From IMG/VR virus record IMGVR_UViG_3300028591_000146, positions 30,040-94,039 of that record: a stretch of 64,000 bases of DNA; one strand, 5' to 3'. Made by a program: the position numbers and the translations under genes. Of this stretch, positions 11,151-20,948 are shown piece after piece; the first letter of the stretch is position 1; every line of letters begins with the position of its first letter. The notes under the pieces were generated by a model. That model searched no databases and was not told where the DNA came from. It saw only the letters and a program-made list of their open reading frames with translations. Origin of the DNA: a virus (taxonomy: Duplodnaviria; Caudoviricetes).

Positions 11151-11172
11151 ATTAATAATATATATATGGAAT
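11151..11172 (-). promoter_or_regulatory. putative early promoter
   Basis: ATTCCATATATATATTATTAAT on minus strand; motif repeated at 16830, 19712, 33794, 43569. Confidence 0.65.
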
Positions 11173-11290
11173 TATAAAATTCTAGATATAAATATATTCT
11201 TATAACTATATCATACTGAATTTGTAATTAGATATACACTGTATATCTATATGAACAGATAATATTATTTCAAAGGACGGGTGATAATTA

Positions 11291-13162
11291 ATGCCTAACG
11301 ACAAGCTTGATGAATTACTGCGTAGACACGCAGAAGCTAATGATATCACTACACCTGATACAGTAGAGAACACTCCTCAGGTTAATGATTTCAAGGAAAC
11401 CCCAGTAAAACCTACACCACAGCAAGCACCTTCTATATCAACTGATCCTCAGGTTGATGAAATCGATGATGATGATACTGATTATGATCCATACATCGAT
11501 TATGGTGATGATGATCAGGAAGCTGAACTCAAAGCTGAAGAAGAAGCTATCATGAGTGAACGTGAGAAGCTCTATAAGGAAGCTACAAAGAATAAGATTC
11601 CTGATGCTTTCCAACCACCGGATGAAAAGGATATGAATTACAACAGAGAAGCTATTGGATTTCAATCTGAAAAACTCGCAATCGTTGCACAGATGGTCAA
11701 TAGAGTTGTTGCGAAGTATCATATTATATCCGGAGAAATTCCACCTGTAAGAGAACTCGACAACGGTATGGTTGTCCAGAAGATGCATATCATGGGTGAA
11801 CTCATTGATATCTATCACACCAGCGGTGAGAAGATTACTCCTGAATTTGAGAGTCTCATTCTCAACAACTGGGTTCTTCCTAATGGTAAAACTGCAAGAG
11901 AAGAACTCGATGAGAAAGGTTCAATCGGTGATGTAGCTCCGGCTAATAACAACACGACTCAGACTCCTGTTGTTGCTGAAGCTCCTGACGTTGCAGCTGA
12001 GATCAACATCAATGTTGAACCCAATACTCCGGTTACATTGAATATCGATGAATCTCTTACCGCTAATATCAATAAGAGCCGTGAGATCAATGTAAACGTT
12101 AAAGAGATTTCTTCTGAAGATCTCAGTAAACGTGTCATTGTTAACAACTCTATTGAACAAGGTGTTATCAAGCCATATGATAGTGGTATCAATGATCAAC
12201 CTTTGACACTCCCTCGCTCAGCATACAGATGTACTGTATCTGCAATAAACTGGTTCGACTTTATTAAACTTACAATGGCTGCACCAACTGCAAGTATGGG
12301 TGATGAAGAACTTCGTAAGTGGAGTATCATTTATAAACATATTAAGAATGTATCAATCGGTGAGTTCGCAGACTTTGCAGACTTCTTACAGAAGACAAAG
12401 TTTGGTGATAGAGAACTTCTGATGTGGGCGTTACTCGTTGCAACTGCAAATCCTGAAGAGACTATTCCTCTCAGATGTGGTAATCCTGATTGTAAAAAGG
12501 TAACCACTGTGAAGTACATGCCATCAAAGCTTATTCACTTTAATGAAGACGCTCTTCCTAAACACTATAAGGATATCGCTGAAGCTGTTGGTGAACAGGC
12601 TGTACAGTTATTCAAAGAAAAGTCTGATACTCATGTTCTCTATACACTTCCGACTACTGGTATTACAGTAGAACTCAGAGAACCAAGTGTTTGGGAACAG
12701 ATCTATGAGAAGATGCCTCTGATGAATGATCTTTATAAACGTTATAAGCCTACAGGTGATATGACAGCTGATATGAAGAGACATGCTGAAGAAACTGGTG
12801 AAGCTGGATTCGATGACGATATGATGGAATTCCAGGTCATGCTTTCAATGATGCTCACAATCTCAGCTATCATCATTCATAAAGACGGTACTGATTATCG
12901 TTATGATAAATGGGATAGAATCGAAGAGATCATAACAACATCTCTCGATACTGTTGATTCCGGAGTTCTTATCAAACTTGCTCAGGTTGTAAGTGAAAAG
13001 AGTAACTGTTTCTCATTCTATATCGAAGATTTCGTTTGTCCACACTGTGGTCGCCGCGAGCCTCGTGTTCCGATAACAGACATCTCGAACACACTGCTTT
13101 CCCAATTATCTCGACGGCTGACCAATATAGAAATCAACTTGAACGAAATGGGATTGAGTTGA
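11291..13162 (+). CDS. putative baseplate/tail assembly protein (T4 gp26-like C-terminal region, acidic N-terminus)
   Basis: CGNPDC and CPHC motifs; 'YTLPTTGITVELREPS' repeat-like segments; acidic N-terminal region. Confidence 0.45.
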   Translation: MPNDKLDELLRRHAEANDITTPDTVENTPQVNDFKETPVKPTPQQAPSISTDPQVDEIDDDDTDYDPYIDYGDDDQEAELKAEEEAIMSEREKLYKEATKNKIPDAFQPPDEKDMNYNREAIGFQSEKLAIVAQMVNRVVAKYHIISGEIPPVRELDNGMVVQKMHIMGELIDIYHTSGEKITPEFESLILNNWVLPNGKTAREELDEKGSIGDVAPANNNTTQTPVVAEAPDVAAEININVEPNTPVTLNIDESLTANINKSREINVNVKEISSEDLSKRVIVNNSIEQGVIKPYDSGINDQPLTLPRSAYRCTVSAINWFDFIKLTMAAPTASMGDEELRKWSIIYKHIKNVSIGEFADFADFLQKTKFGDRELLMWALLVATANPEETIPLRCGNPDCKKVTTVKYMPSKLIHFNEDALPKHYKDIAEAVGEQAVQLFKEKSDTHVLYTLPTTGITVELREPSVWEQIYEKMPLMNDLYKRYKPTGDMTADMKRHAEETGEAGFDDDMMEFQVMLSMMLTISAIIIHKDGTDYRYDKWDRIEEIITTSLDTVDSGVLIKLAQVVSEKSNCFSFYIEDFVCPHCGRREPRVPITDISNTLLSQLSRRLTNIEINLNEMGLS

Positions 13163-13362
13163 TCAACACGGCTCAACTATTGAAGCATATTATACCAATA
13201 GAGGTACTGATGAACCTACCTTTGTCATTTGTACATCGCCTAAGAGACTTAAGAATTGAGCAATTAAAGGTACAGAATCAGGAAGAAGAAGCTGCAGCTC
13301 GATCAAATAAAATATCGTTCGATGCAGATACCTTGAATGACATACTCGAGGAAGGCATGTGA
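13159..13362 (+). CDS. small tail/baseplate assembly chaperone-like protein
   Basis: TTG start overlapping upstream TGA (TTGA); IPIEVLMNLPLSFVHRLRDLRIEQ motif. Confidence 0.5.
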   Translation: MINTAQLLKHIIPIEVLMNLPLSFVHRLRDLRIEQLKVQNQEEEAAARSNKISFDADTLNDILEEGM

Positions 13363-13381
13363 TCATATAGAGGTGATCTAT

Positions 13382-13507
13382 ATGTATACCACATTAAATG
13401 CATACGTTTATATGATAATATTGTCGAACGGATGGAGTTACGTAGTTAACAACTATGAACAAATCCGTTCCGACTATTATGCTAATAAATCAGAATCGAA
13501 GGAGTAA
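13382..13507 (+). CDS. small hypothetical protein (41 aa)
   Basis: GAGGTG RBS; MYTTLNAYVYMIILSNGWSY...; fills the intergenic gap. Confidence 0.45.
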   Translation: MYTTLNAYVYMIILSNGWSYVVNNYEQIRSDYYANKSESKE

Positions 13508-13510
13508 ACC

Positions 13511-14365
13511 ATGTTTAATATAAACAGATCTCATGTTGAGGAGTTCGATAAGATTCATAATCTCCATCGATACTTAATCAACAGAATGAATATATTCTCT
13601 CTGAATATATCTCTTATAAATAAGAAGCATCGTCATCTTGATCTGGACACATACAACAAGTGTTTCAGAAATGCCCTCAGTGATATCGAACTTAAGAGTG
13701 ATCCGATTGAGACCATTGTTCCATATACTGATGAGGAAACTGATGGATTCAAGAATGACAGAAGTTTCTATTTGAACTTTGAAAATGAAGAAGCTAAGAC
13801 GATCGTTGAACGTATTGATGCTGATACAATGCGTGACACATTGCTTCCTGGAAGTGAATTGCAGGCTAAGTTCGTTAACAACGAAGTATCTTTACAGGAT
13901 CTTCTTGATGATGTATATCTTTATTTCATCATAACTAAATATTGTGAACAAATCGATCTATTAAGACTTCAAGCTTTTTCAAATGCAACACCACTCATTG
14001 AATATACTGTCGACTTTGTCACAACCAAAGAACTGAAGAACTACATCAATACCAAAAGACTGAACCCAGAGAAATATGCTGAGAAATGTCAGGACATGAT
14101 ATTCAATCCATCGTTTGCTAAACAGGTTGAGTTCTATAAGAATGAAGAGAACTTGAAAGCATTCGATATCAAACCTTTCGATCTTCAGGAGTTCATGATG
14201 TTAGTTGCAACCAATACAGCCATCAAGACTGATATATTGATGCTGCTTGGAATATATGGAGCTTTATCATTTGCAATCACTGAGATCAAGAAAGGTGATA
14301 CCGAGAAAGTTTCACCATGTGTTGATTTCGTTAAACGTGTATCAAACGAATTTATCAACAAATAA
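13511..14365 (+). CDS. hypothetical protein
   Basis: 284 aa, AAGGAG RBS. Confidence 0.75.
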   Translation: MFNINRSHVEEFDKIHNLHRYLINRMNIFSLNISLINKKHRHLDLDTYNKCFRNALSDIELKSDPIETIVPYTDEETDGFKNDRSFYLNFENEEAKTIVERIDADTMRDTLLPGSELQAKFVNNEVSLQDLLDDVYLYFIITKYCEQIDLLRLQAFSNATPLIEYTVDFVTTKELKNYINTKRLNPEKYAEKCQDMIFNPSFAKQVEFYKNEENLKAFDIKPFDLQEFMMLVATNTAIKTDILMLLGIYGALSFAITEIKKGDTEKVSPCVDFVKRVSNEFINK

Positions 14366-14474
14366 TGTTACTGAATATACCCGGGGATATCCCCGGGTAT
14401 ATTTCTCATTGATATTTATATCATTATTTCGGTAACAGTCATGTACTGTCCAATATTCAGAAGGAGGATTACAT

Positions 14475-16733
14475 ATGGCATATGAACTCAAAAAAGTTAC
14501 ATTCCACAAAGTAATGAACAACAGTTCAGACATCAAACAGAAAATGGAGTCTGTTAATAAATACAGTCTCTGTGGAGTATCAGCACTTGGTTTCCCAGGT
14601 AAGATATCATCTGTTCGTAGCCTGATGTTCTCAAAACATGCATCTCAGAGAGTTGTTCTGACATCTGGTGAAGTTGCTCGTATCTTTACAGGTGCAGAAG
14701 ATGCATACGGAGTTTATTCATCTTACTTTGTAACAGCTAAGGATGACTACGTTCTTGAAAGGAAATTCGTCAAGTATCCTGACACACCTTATTCATCAAT
14801 CTTGTATATATTCCGAAATACAAAGACTGGTAAATATGTATGTCACTTAGCTGAAGCTGTTCATTGGAACACAGAGAAGTATGGATTCCAGAACATCGAT
14901 CTGTTAAATAAACCATACAGAGAAGGTTCTACAATCCCAGCAGGTACAGTAATGTCAAAGACTACATCATACGATAAGGTTAATCATTATTGTGCTGGAG
15001 CAAATCTCAGAATACTCTACACAACACTTCATGACCTTACCGAGGATGCTATCATCTTATCACAGTCAGCATGTGACAAGCTCAAGTATTCTATGGTAGA
15101 TAAGGTTGTTGTTGATATCTCTGAGAAGATGTTTATGCTTAATAACTACGGTACACTCGATAGTTATAAGTCATTCCCTGATATCGGTGAATCAATTCAG
15201 GATGGCGTATTATGTTCACTCAGAGAGATATCAGCCCTCTCATCTCTCAGTGAAGCGATGATTCCTCATATCAATGATATCAACTATTACACAGATGGAA
15301 TTATTACTGATATTGATATCTATAGTAATGCTACTGAGATTCAGGACAAACAGCTCAACTATTATCATCAGCATCTCATGAGATGGTATCAGGATATCTA
15401 TTCATACATATCAACTATAATATCTGATATTGACCAGGATGATTCCAAGCTTCTTGATATCTATCACAAAGCTGAGAAATATCTCACAAATGCTAAATGG
15501 TCTACCAAGGAGAAACTCCCATACATCTATGTCGTATTCAAGATACTTCAACCAAAGACCATTGAGAAAGGTCAGAAGATTACCGGTCGTCATGGTAATA
15601 AGTCTGTAATCTCTAAGATCATCCCAGATGAACTCATGCCAAAAGATCAGTATGGTAATCATGTTGAGATGCTTGCTAATGGATTCTGCCCGACTAACAG
15701 AATCGTTGCATTCGCACTCTATGAAGCTACTATCACTTTCCAGATGGAATGTATTCATCGTTATATTGTTGAGAATAAACTTTCTAAAGAAGAAACATTT
15801 GATATGATTATTGGATATATGGAATTATTCAATCATCAGTATGCTGCTAAGATATCAAGAAAGTGTAATCTCAACCCAGATAAAGCTTATGCTGATATCG
15901 TAAAGAATGGTCTGTATCTTATGCTTCCACCATTCCAGGAGGAAAATGTTAGAGATGCTATTATTGCTGCATATGAGAAATGGGATGTATTCGAATACTT
16001 CGATCTTTATACAAAGCTTCGTCATCGTTGGATCAAACAGAAAGAATCATATCCAATTGGTTATCAGTATACATGGGTACTCAAACAGGAAGCTTCTAAG
16101 AACATGTCTGCAGTTGCTACTGGTAGGACTACACTTTACGATTTACCTATCAAGACATCTAACTATAAGAATCGTAAGATGAAGTATTCTGATAATGCCA
16201 TCAAGTTCGGTGAATATGATACATACGGATTCCTTCAGGTTGTTGATGTTGAGACGTTTGCTAAACTCACAACATATTATCGTGGATCTCAGTATGAGCA
16301 GAACAGCTTACTCATGTCACATCTTAATGATATGCCTATACCAGAAGGAGCAATGAACCAGTTCCCTCAGCTTGACTGTCTGAAAGCATATCTCAAAGCA
16401 ATTGGTATTAAACTGGAAGATGACTTCACAGTTAACTCAATCAATGCTATAGATAAGATAGAGAATTTCAAGATAGGTAATCATGATATTGATATATCCG
16501 GAGGACATCTCAGAACTGCACTGGTTGTATATTCATACTATTCACAGTATAAGAACTATCTGAGACTTCGTAACAACAAACCAGAAGCTACTATCGATAT
16601 GAATGTATTTGTACAGAAGATGCTTACATGTACAGATGTATTCATTAATAAGAATCCTGATTTCATAAATACTGTATTCGCAATCTTCTTTGAATTGAGA
16701 CCAATCTTCGATGAAGAAAAGTTCCTTAAATAA
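14475..16733 (+). CDS. multisubunit RNA polymerase beta subunit, C-terminal part (probably non-virion RNAP)
   Basis: RSLMFSKHASQ (beta RALMGxNMQRQ), TEDAIILS, GQKITGRHGNKSVISKI, KFGEYD. Confidence 0.92.
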   Translation: MAYELKKVTFHKVMNNSSDIKQKMESVNKYSLCGVSALGFPGKISSVRSLMFSKHASQRVVLTSGEVARIFTGAEDAYGVYSSYFVTAKDDYVLERKFVKYPDTPYSSILYIFRNTKTGKYVCHLAEAVHWNTEKYGFQNIDLLNKPYREGSTIPAGTVMSKTTSYDKVNHYCAGANLRILYTTLHDLTEDAIILSQSACDKLKYSMVDKVVVDISEKMFMLNNYGTLDSYKSFPDIGESIQDGVLCSLREISALSSLSEAMIPHINDINYYTDGIITDIDIYSNATEIQDKQLNYYHQHLMRWYQDIYSYISTIISDIDQDDSKLLDIYHKAEKYLTNAKWSTKEKLPYIYVVFKILQPKTIEKGQKITGRHGNKSVISKIIPDELMPKDQYGNHVEMLANGFCPTNRIVAFALYEATITFQMECIHRYIVENKLSKEETFDMIIGYMELFNHQYAAKISRKCNLNPDKAYADIVKNGLYLMLPPFQEENVRDAIIAAYEKWDVFEYFDLYTKLRHRWIKQKESYPIGYQYTWVLKQEASKNMSAVATGRTTLYDLPIKTSNYKNRKMKYSDNAIKFGEYDTYGFLQVVDVETFAKLTTYYRGSQYEQNSLLMSHLNDMPIPEGAMNQFPQLDCLKAYLKAIGIKLEDDFTVNSINAIDKIENFKIGNHDIDISGGHLRTALVVYSYYSQYKNYLRLRNNKPEATIDMNVFVQKMLTCTDVFINKNPDFINTVFAIFFELRPIFDEEKFLK

Positions 16734-16829
16734 TACACTTATATTTGGAGGGGGTTAAACCCCTCCAAACTGTGTAATTTTTGTATGCTGAAAAGGAAGA
16801 GAGAGGTTGATAATTCCTAGAATTCTGAA

Positions 16830-16854
16830 ATTCGATATATATATTATTAATGTG
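16830..16854 (+). promoter_or_regulatory. putative early promoter
   Basis: ATTCGATATATATATTATTAATGTG. Confidence 0.65.
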
Positions 16855-16946
16855 AAGAAGGAGTAGAAGACTACTCTGGAATCAAAGATAAACCAATTTA
16901 AATAGGGGTCTAGTCAACCCCTTCGGATTTCAAAGGAGGAAATCTT

Positions 16947-17390
16947 ATGTTAAATATCTTTACAATCATCAATCTCGCTGCAAACGCTGTTAACATGGGC
17001 GCAAATGCATACAGCCTTAACGGAAACAGAAGAAGACGTAAGGAAAACAAGCAGCTTGCTGATCGTCTCGATAAGCTTGAAAGCAGCTATAAGGCTGACA
17101 TGAGCAACATCCAGAAAGATCTGGATGGCATTGCAAACGGCATGAAGGAAGTTAACACAAAGCTCGAAACCATTGGTACTTGTACCAATGGAATGGGCTA
17201 TGACCTTCAGCATCTGCAGGATGACACAAAGATGCTTCAGGGTAAGCTTGAAGCACTCTATCACCAGCAGCCACAGGTTCAGCCGGTTCAGGTACAGCAG
17301 CCACAGGTTCAGGTACAGCAGCCACAGGTTCAGGTACAGCAGCCACAGGTTCAGGTACAGCAGCCACAGCAGCCAGTGTCAAATTCATAA
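16947..17390 (+). CDS. coiled-coil protein with Gln-rich C-terminal repeats (early cassette)
   Basis: AAAGGAGG RBS; (QQPQVQV)n tail. Confidence 0.8.
   Translation: MLNIFTIINLAANAVNMGANAYSLNGNRRRRKENKQLADRLDKLESSYKADMSNIQKDLDGIANGMKEVNTKLETIGTCTNGMGYDLQHLQDDTKMLQGKLEALYHQQPQVQPVQVQQPQVQVQQPQVQVQQPQVQVQQPQQPVSNS
17265..17374 (+). repeat. 21-bp tandem repeat CAGCAGCCACAGGTTCAGGTA
   Basis: Three exact copies plus variant/partial flanking copies, in frame. Confidence 0.9.
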
Positions 17391-17529
17391 AGCCGGTTGA
17401 ACCGGCACGAACAGACACAAAATGGAAACTGCTTAAGATCAGAGTCGCATTAGCGGCTCTGATCAATGGCTTTGGCGACAATGTTCAGACGGTATAGAGA
17501 GCTAATTTAATTAGCTCTCTTTTTCTTCT

Positions 17530-19659
17530 TCAGAAGTTGTTTACTTCGTTGAAGAAACTGATCAATGATGCTTTGGTTCTAGCAGCATATGGGTCATCTT
17601 TGTATGCTAAAGCACCGGCATATTCAGATTTGGTATAACCATACTCATCGAACTCATGCATATTTTTATTTGCACGAATAATGTCACGACGAATCTGTTC
17701 TTCATGTCCAGTTGTCGGAACCATGTTGTTTATAGTATCTTCTTTTGTTTTTTCTTCATATTCATTCATAGCTTGTTTACCTGAATCGAATGTACATAAA
17801 TCACGATTGATGCCAAATCTCTGAAGATCCTTACCATAGAACAATACAAATACTGTATGCAAGTATGACATTACACAGTCATCATGTGCACCAGATTCAG
17901 CAGCAATCTTACCATTCTTCAGAATAGTGAGAGTGTTCAGATCTTGTACAAGGTTTGGTGTATTGATCTTATCACGGTGATCACGTACAAGTGTTTTCAA
18001 CAATGTCATCATTTCAGTACGAACCGATGGTGATACATTGGTTCCGATGTATTGTCTACTAATAGCTTTCTGCTTCAGAGTTGTTTCAATAGGATCAATG
18101 ATAGTTGCGTTCTTAGAGATGTCAAGTCTTGGATCATGATAAACTCTTCCTATCAGACTACCTTCCTGGAAGAAGTCCATTATAGGTTTACCAACACCAT
18201 TTGCTTCTGGACAGAACAATGCACGAGGAAGCATTCTTGCAAGTTCAGTAATAACACGCATCAAATCGAATGGACCCATGTATGGAGATTTACATTCTGC
18301 AACAACCTGAAGTGTGTATGGATGTAATATTGTAATAGCACTGTTGTCTCCACCAGTACCTGCAGCAATATCAATACCTATGAGATATGGAATAGTCAAA
18401 TCAAAGTAAGGTTGATCTGACATCAAGTCTACGTTATGAACTTCGTGTTTATATACGAGCATAACAAACTTGTTGAGAAGAAGTATCTCATAGTCATGAC
18501 GTATAACATGATTGTTGATATAATCAATATCTTCCTGACGGAACAGAACTTGTTCAGCACCACGATATCTTTGTAACAAGATACCACGACGGAACTCGTC
18601 CATCTTGTTAGCTTGGAGTGCAGCCTGATATTGTTCATTCAACCAAGCTTCACTCTTACGGAGTTGCTTGTAATCGAATTCGATATAGAATTTTGTAAGT
18701 GGAACACCATCATTTGCTGCAGATGTACCAGCAAACATTTCTTCAAGTTGATCATCCGGTACATCATAATATTTCTCAGAGAATCGAGGAGTCGCCTCAA
18801 TCATCTTCATTGCAGCTTTACCTGGAGCTGAGTCCAAGTTACCAGGTGTAGATGTATACAATATACAAGTACGACCATGGTTCATTCTAGCAATACCACG
18901 AGCTGAGATGATAGCAGGAGAACAACCTTCGACAACGTTATCAATGTGAGGAATATATTCCCACTCATCAATGAATGCCATAAACAACGTATCACCACGA
19001 AGCAAGTCTCGAGCTGTATCAGGAGAATCTGATGAAGCTTTTACAGCGATAGTATTATTATGAGCATCATATCTGAGTGATTTAAGTCCTGGTGGTTTAC
19101 GCCATTTAACCCATGGATTTGCCCACTTAGGTCCAGCCTCAATATAGTCACGAAGCATACCAGCATTACGAGTTGAATCAGCATCTTTAAGATGTAAGTA
19201 TGGAATATTGATATTCTTCTGATCATATATGAAAGCATGTTGTACTAATGCAGTTGCTGTAGTTGTTTTATAGGTCTGACGAGGTTGACATAACTCTATA
19301 TCGATTGAATGTATATAACACCAGATGGTTGCATGTGCAGCACGATGTAAATAGAATCGATACGGTTGAGGTGCACCCTTAGCAGGAACACGAACAACTT
19401 CTCTCATATAGAACCAAACATTTTCTTTTGATTCCAATACTAAAGCTTCTACTTCACGTCTTGTCAAGTCTTCTTTAAAAGGATCGATATCTTGAACATT
19501 AAGATGTGGATACTTAACTTCCAGACACTGATACCATCGTTTTATACCAAGATCTTTTAACTCTCGAGCTGTTTCAAGAAATGAACTATTAGATGTTCCA
19601 AAATCGTAGTAGCCTTTTTTATTAGTAATTGGATCAATTATCTCAACGATCTTACTCAT
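17530..19659 (-). CDS. terL: terminase large subunit
   Basis: PRQTYKT Walker A, FIDEWEY Walker B, TSTPG, RNase H-like GIDIAAG / PEANGVG / HDDCVMS. Confidence 0.9.
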   Translation of the reverse strand: MSKIVEIIDPITNKKGYYDFGTSNSSFLETARELKDLGIKRWYQCLEVKYPHLNVQDIDPFKEDLTRREVEALVLESKENVWFYMREVVRVPAKGAPQPYRFYLHRAAHATIWCYIHSIDIELCQPRQTYKTTTATALVQHAFIYDQKNINIPYLHLKDADSTRNAGMLRDYIEAGPKWANPWVKWRKPPGLKSLRYDAHNNTIAVKASSDSPDTARDLLRGDTLFMAFIDEWEYIPHIDNVVEGCSPAIISARGIARMNHGRTCILYTSTPGNLDSAPGKAAMKMIEATPRFSEKYYDVPDDQLEEMFAGTSAANDGVPLTKFYIEFDYKQLRKSEAWLNEQYQAALQANKMDEFRRGILLQRYRGAEQVLFRQEDIDYINNHVIRHDYEILLLNKFVMLVYKHEVHNVDLMSDQPYFDLTIPYLIGIDIAAGTGGDNSAITILHPYTLQVVAECKSPYMGPFDLMRVITELARMLPRALFCPEANGVGKPIMDFFQEGSLIGRVYHDPRLDISKNATIIDPIETTLKQKAISRQYIGTNVSPSVRTEMMTLLKTLVRDHRDKINTPNLVQDLNTLTILKNGKIAAESGAHDDCVMSYLHTVFVLFYGKDLQRFGINRDLCTFDSGKQAMNEYEEKTKEDTINNMVPTTGHEEQIRRDIIRANKNMHEFDEYGYTKSEYAGALAYKDDPYAARTKASLISFFNEVNNF

Positions 19660-19683
19660 TTAATAAACCTCCTTTGTTGAGAG

Positions 19684-19698
19684 TTATCCGTTGGTTTT
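19684..19698 (-). promoter_or_regulatory. putative late promoter (AAC-N7-TAA)
   Basis: AAAACCAACGGATAA upstream of terL; same spacing upstream of sheath, beta' and head-protein genes. Confidence 0.5.
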
Positions 19699-19711
19699 CG
19701 ATAATAATAAG

Positions 19712-19736
19712 ATTCCATATATATATTATTAATGTG
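19712..19736 (+). promoter_or_regulatory. putative early promoter
   Basis: ATTCCATATATATATTATTAATGTG. Confidence 0.65.
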
Positions 19737-19807
19737 GAGAAGTAGAAATACTTCACCAGTATGAATACCCACATTTCAAGCTTTCCACTTTTGAAAGGAG
19801 TGATCTA

Positions 19808-20182
19808 ATGAAAGCTGTATTATGCGAAGCTCGTCACGAGCATCCTGCAATCAATGGTTTACCCGCAATATACCCCAAGCAGGTGAACCCCATGGACTTT
19901 GGTCAGCTTGATCAGTTAGCGGCTGACTTCATGCTGTCACCTGTCAATTCAACCGATCTGGCTCTTAACGGGCTTGACCTGTACGTCACAGGTCTGACCC
20001 CGGCGGTCATCGCCGTAGTGCGTCAGTCTATCAATCTGAGTGTTGAGTTAAGGCTATGGCATTATGATCGTCAGACTGACGATTATGTCTGCCAGCCTGT
20101 AATCAGCACATGTATCGAGGAGCAGGCGTACGATTCCTATGGGGTCACAGTACCCTATGCTCCGAAGCTCTCAACTAACTGA
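19808..20182 (+). CDS. conserved phage hypothetical protein
   Basis: LYVTGLTPAVIAVV...LWHYDR motif; AAAGGAG RBS. Confidence 0.75.
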   Translation: MKAVLCEARHEHPAINGLPAIYPKQVNPMDFGQLDQLAADFMLSPVNSTDLALNGLDLYVTGLTPAVIAVVRQSINLSVELRLWHYDRQTDDYVCQPVISTCIEEQAYDSYGVTVPYAPKLSTN

Positions 20183-20195
20183 AGGGAGGAGTTTT

Positions 20196-20405
20196 ATGAT
20201 CGTAAGTTTAATGATTCTCAGTCTTGTAATTATCCTCATTAACACGGTCAAGCCAAGTATCAGCGGTACGCAGATCGTTAGCGTTATCGCAACGATATAC
20301 GTTATGCCAGCACTCATGGCAATGGTTGCAGGTGCAATGGTAATCATACCCATTAAGCGCCTGACAAAGCTGTTCAAGAAGAAGGGAGGAGGTGAAGCTG
20401 CATGA
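20196..20405 (+). CDS. small two-TM membrane protein
   Basis: GGGAGGAG RBS; two hydrophobic stretches, basic tail. Confidence 0.7.
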   Translation: MIVSLMILSLVIILINTVKPSISGTQIVSVIATIYVMPALMAMVAGAMVIIPIKRLTKLFKKKGGGEAA

Positions 20406-20863
20406 CAGCCTATGAAAGACGAGAGCATGTCCTCAATACTTTTAACGACATGAAAAAATGGTGGCCGGATGCAAAACCCAGCCACACACCTGGACAGCTC
20501 GACGGATTTATGCTGGAGGGTGGAATCTCAATGTGTCTGTGTGAAACTGGATGGAATATCCATTTCGCATGCACCTTTAGAAGTAAACCGATAGCCCACT
20601 ACATATTCAATACAGACTCTGGAATATGTATCTGTAATTTAGATTTCTCTATCACTGAGGAGATCACAGACGTAAGAAACATACTCAGTGATATCATTCC
20701 GTCAATGATGCATAAATATGACGAGGATTGTAATCTGGTGTCTGTATTTGAATGTCCAAACAAACCGGTTCGCATCGATTTAGATGCTGAGCCAGTCGAG
20801 AGATTATCAGCTGAGGAGATTGCGAAACGTATAATCGCATCTCTGAACAACGACAACGAATAA
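20402..20863 (+). CDS. hypothetical protein
   Basis: ATGA overlap, GGAGG RBS. Confidence 0.75.
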   Translation: MTAYERREHVLNTFNDMKKWWPDAKPSHTPGQLDGFMLEGGISMCLCETGWNIHFACTFRSKPIAHYIFNTDSGICICNLDFSITEEITDVRNILSDIIPSMMHKYDEDCNLVSVFECPNKPVRIDLDAEPVERLSAEEIAKRIIASLNNDNE

Positions 20864-20948
20864 TAATTATAAAAAAGAACCCCGATTAACACCCGGGGTT
20901 CTTTTTCTTGTTCCGTATTTATATCATTAATGTGAAAGGAGTGATAGT

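Noticed and set aside
11291-13162. Chimallin (phage nucleus shell)
   Set aside because: Only the size matches; the CxxC motifs and downstream chaperone-like ORF fit a baseplate assembly protein better.
17265-17374. CRISPR array
   Set aside because: Contiguous in-frame tandem units with no spacers; no cas genes.
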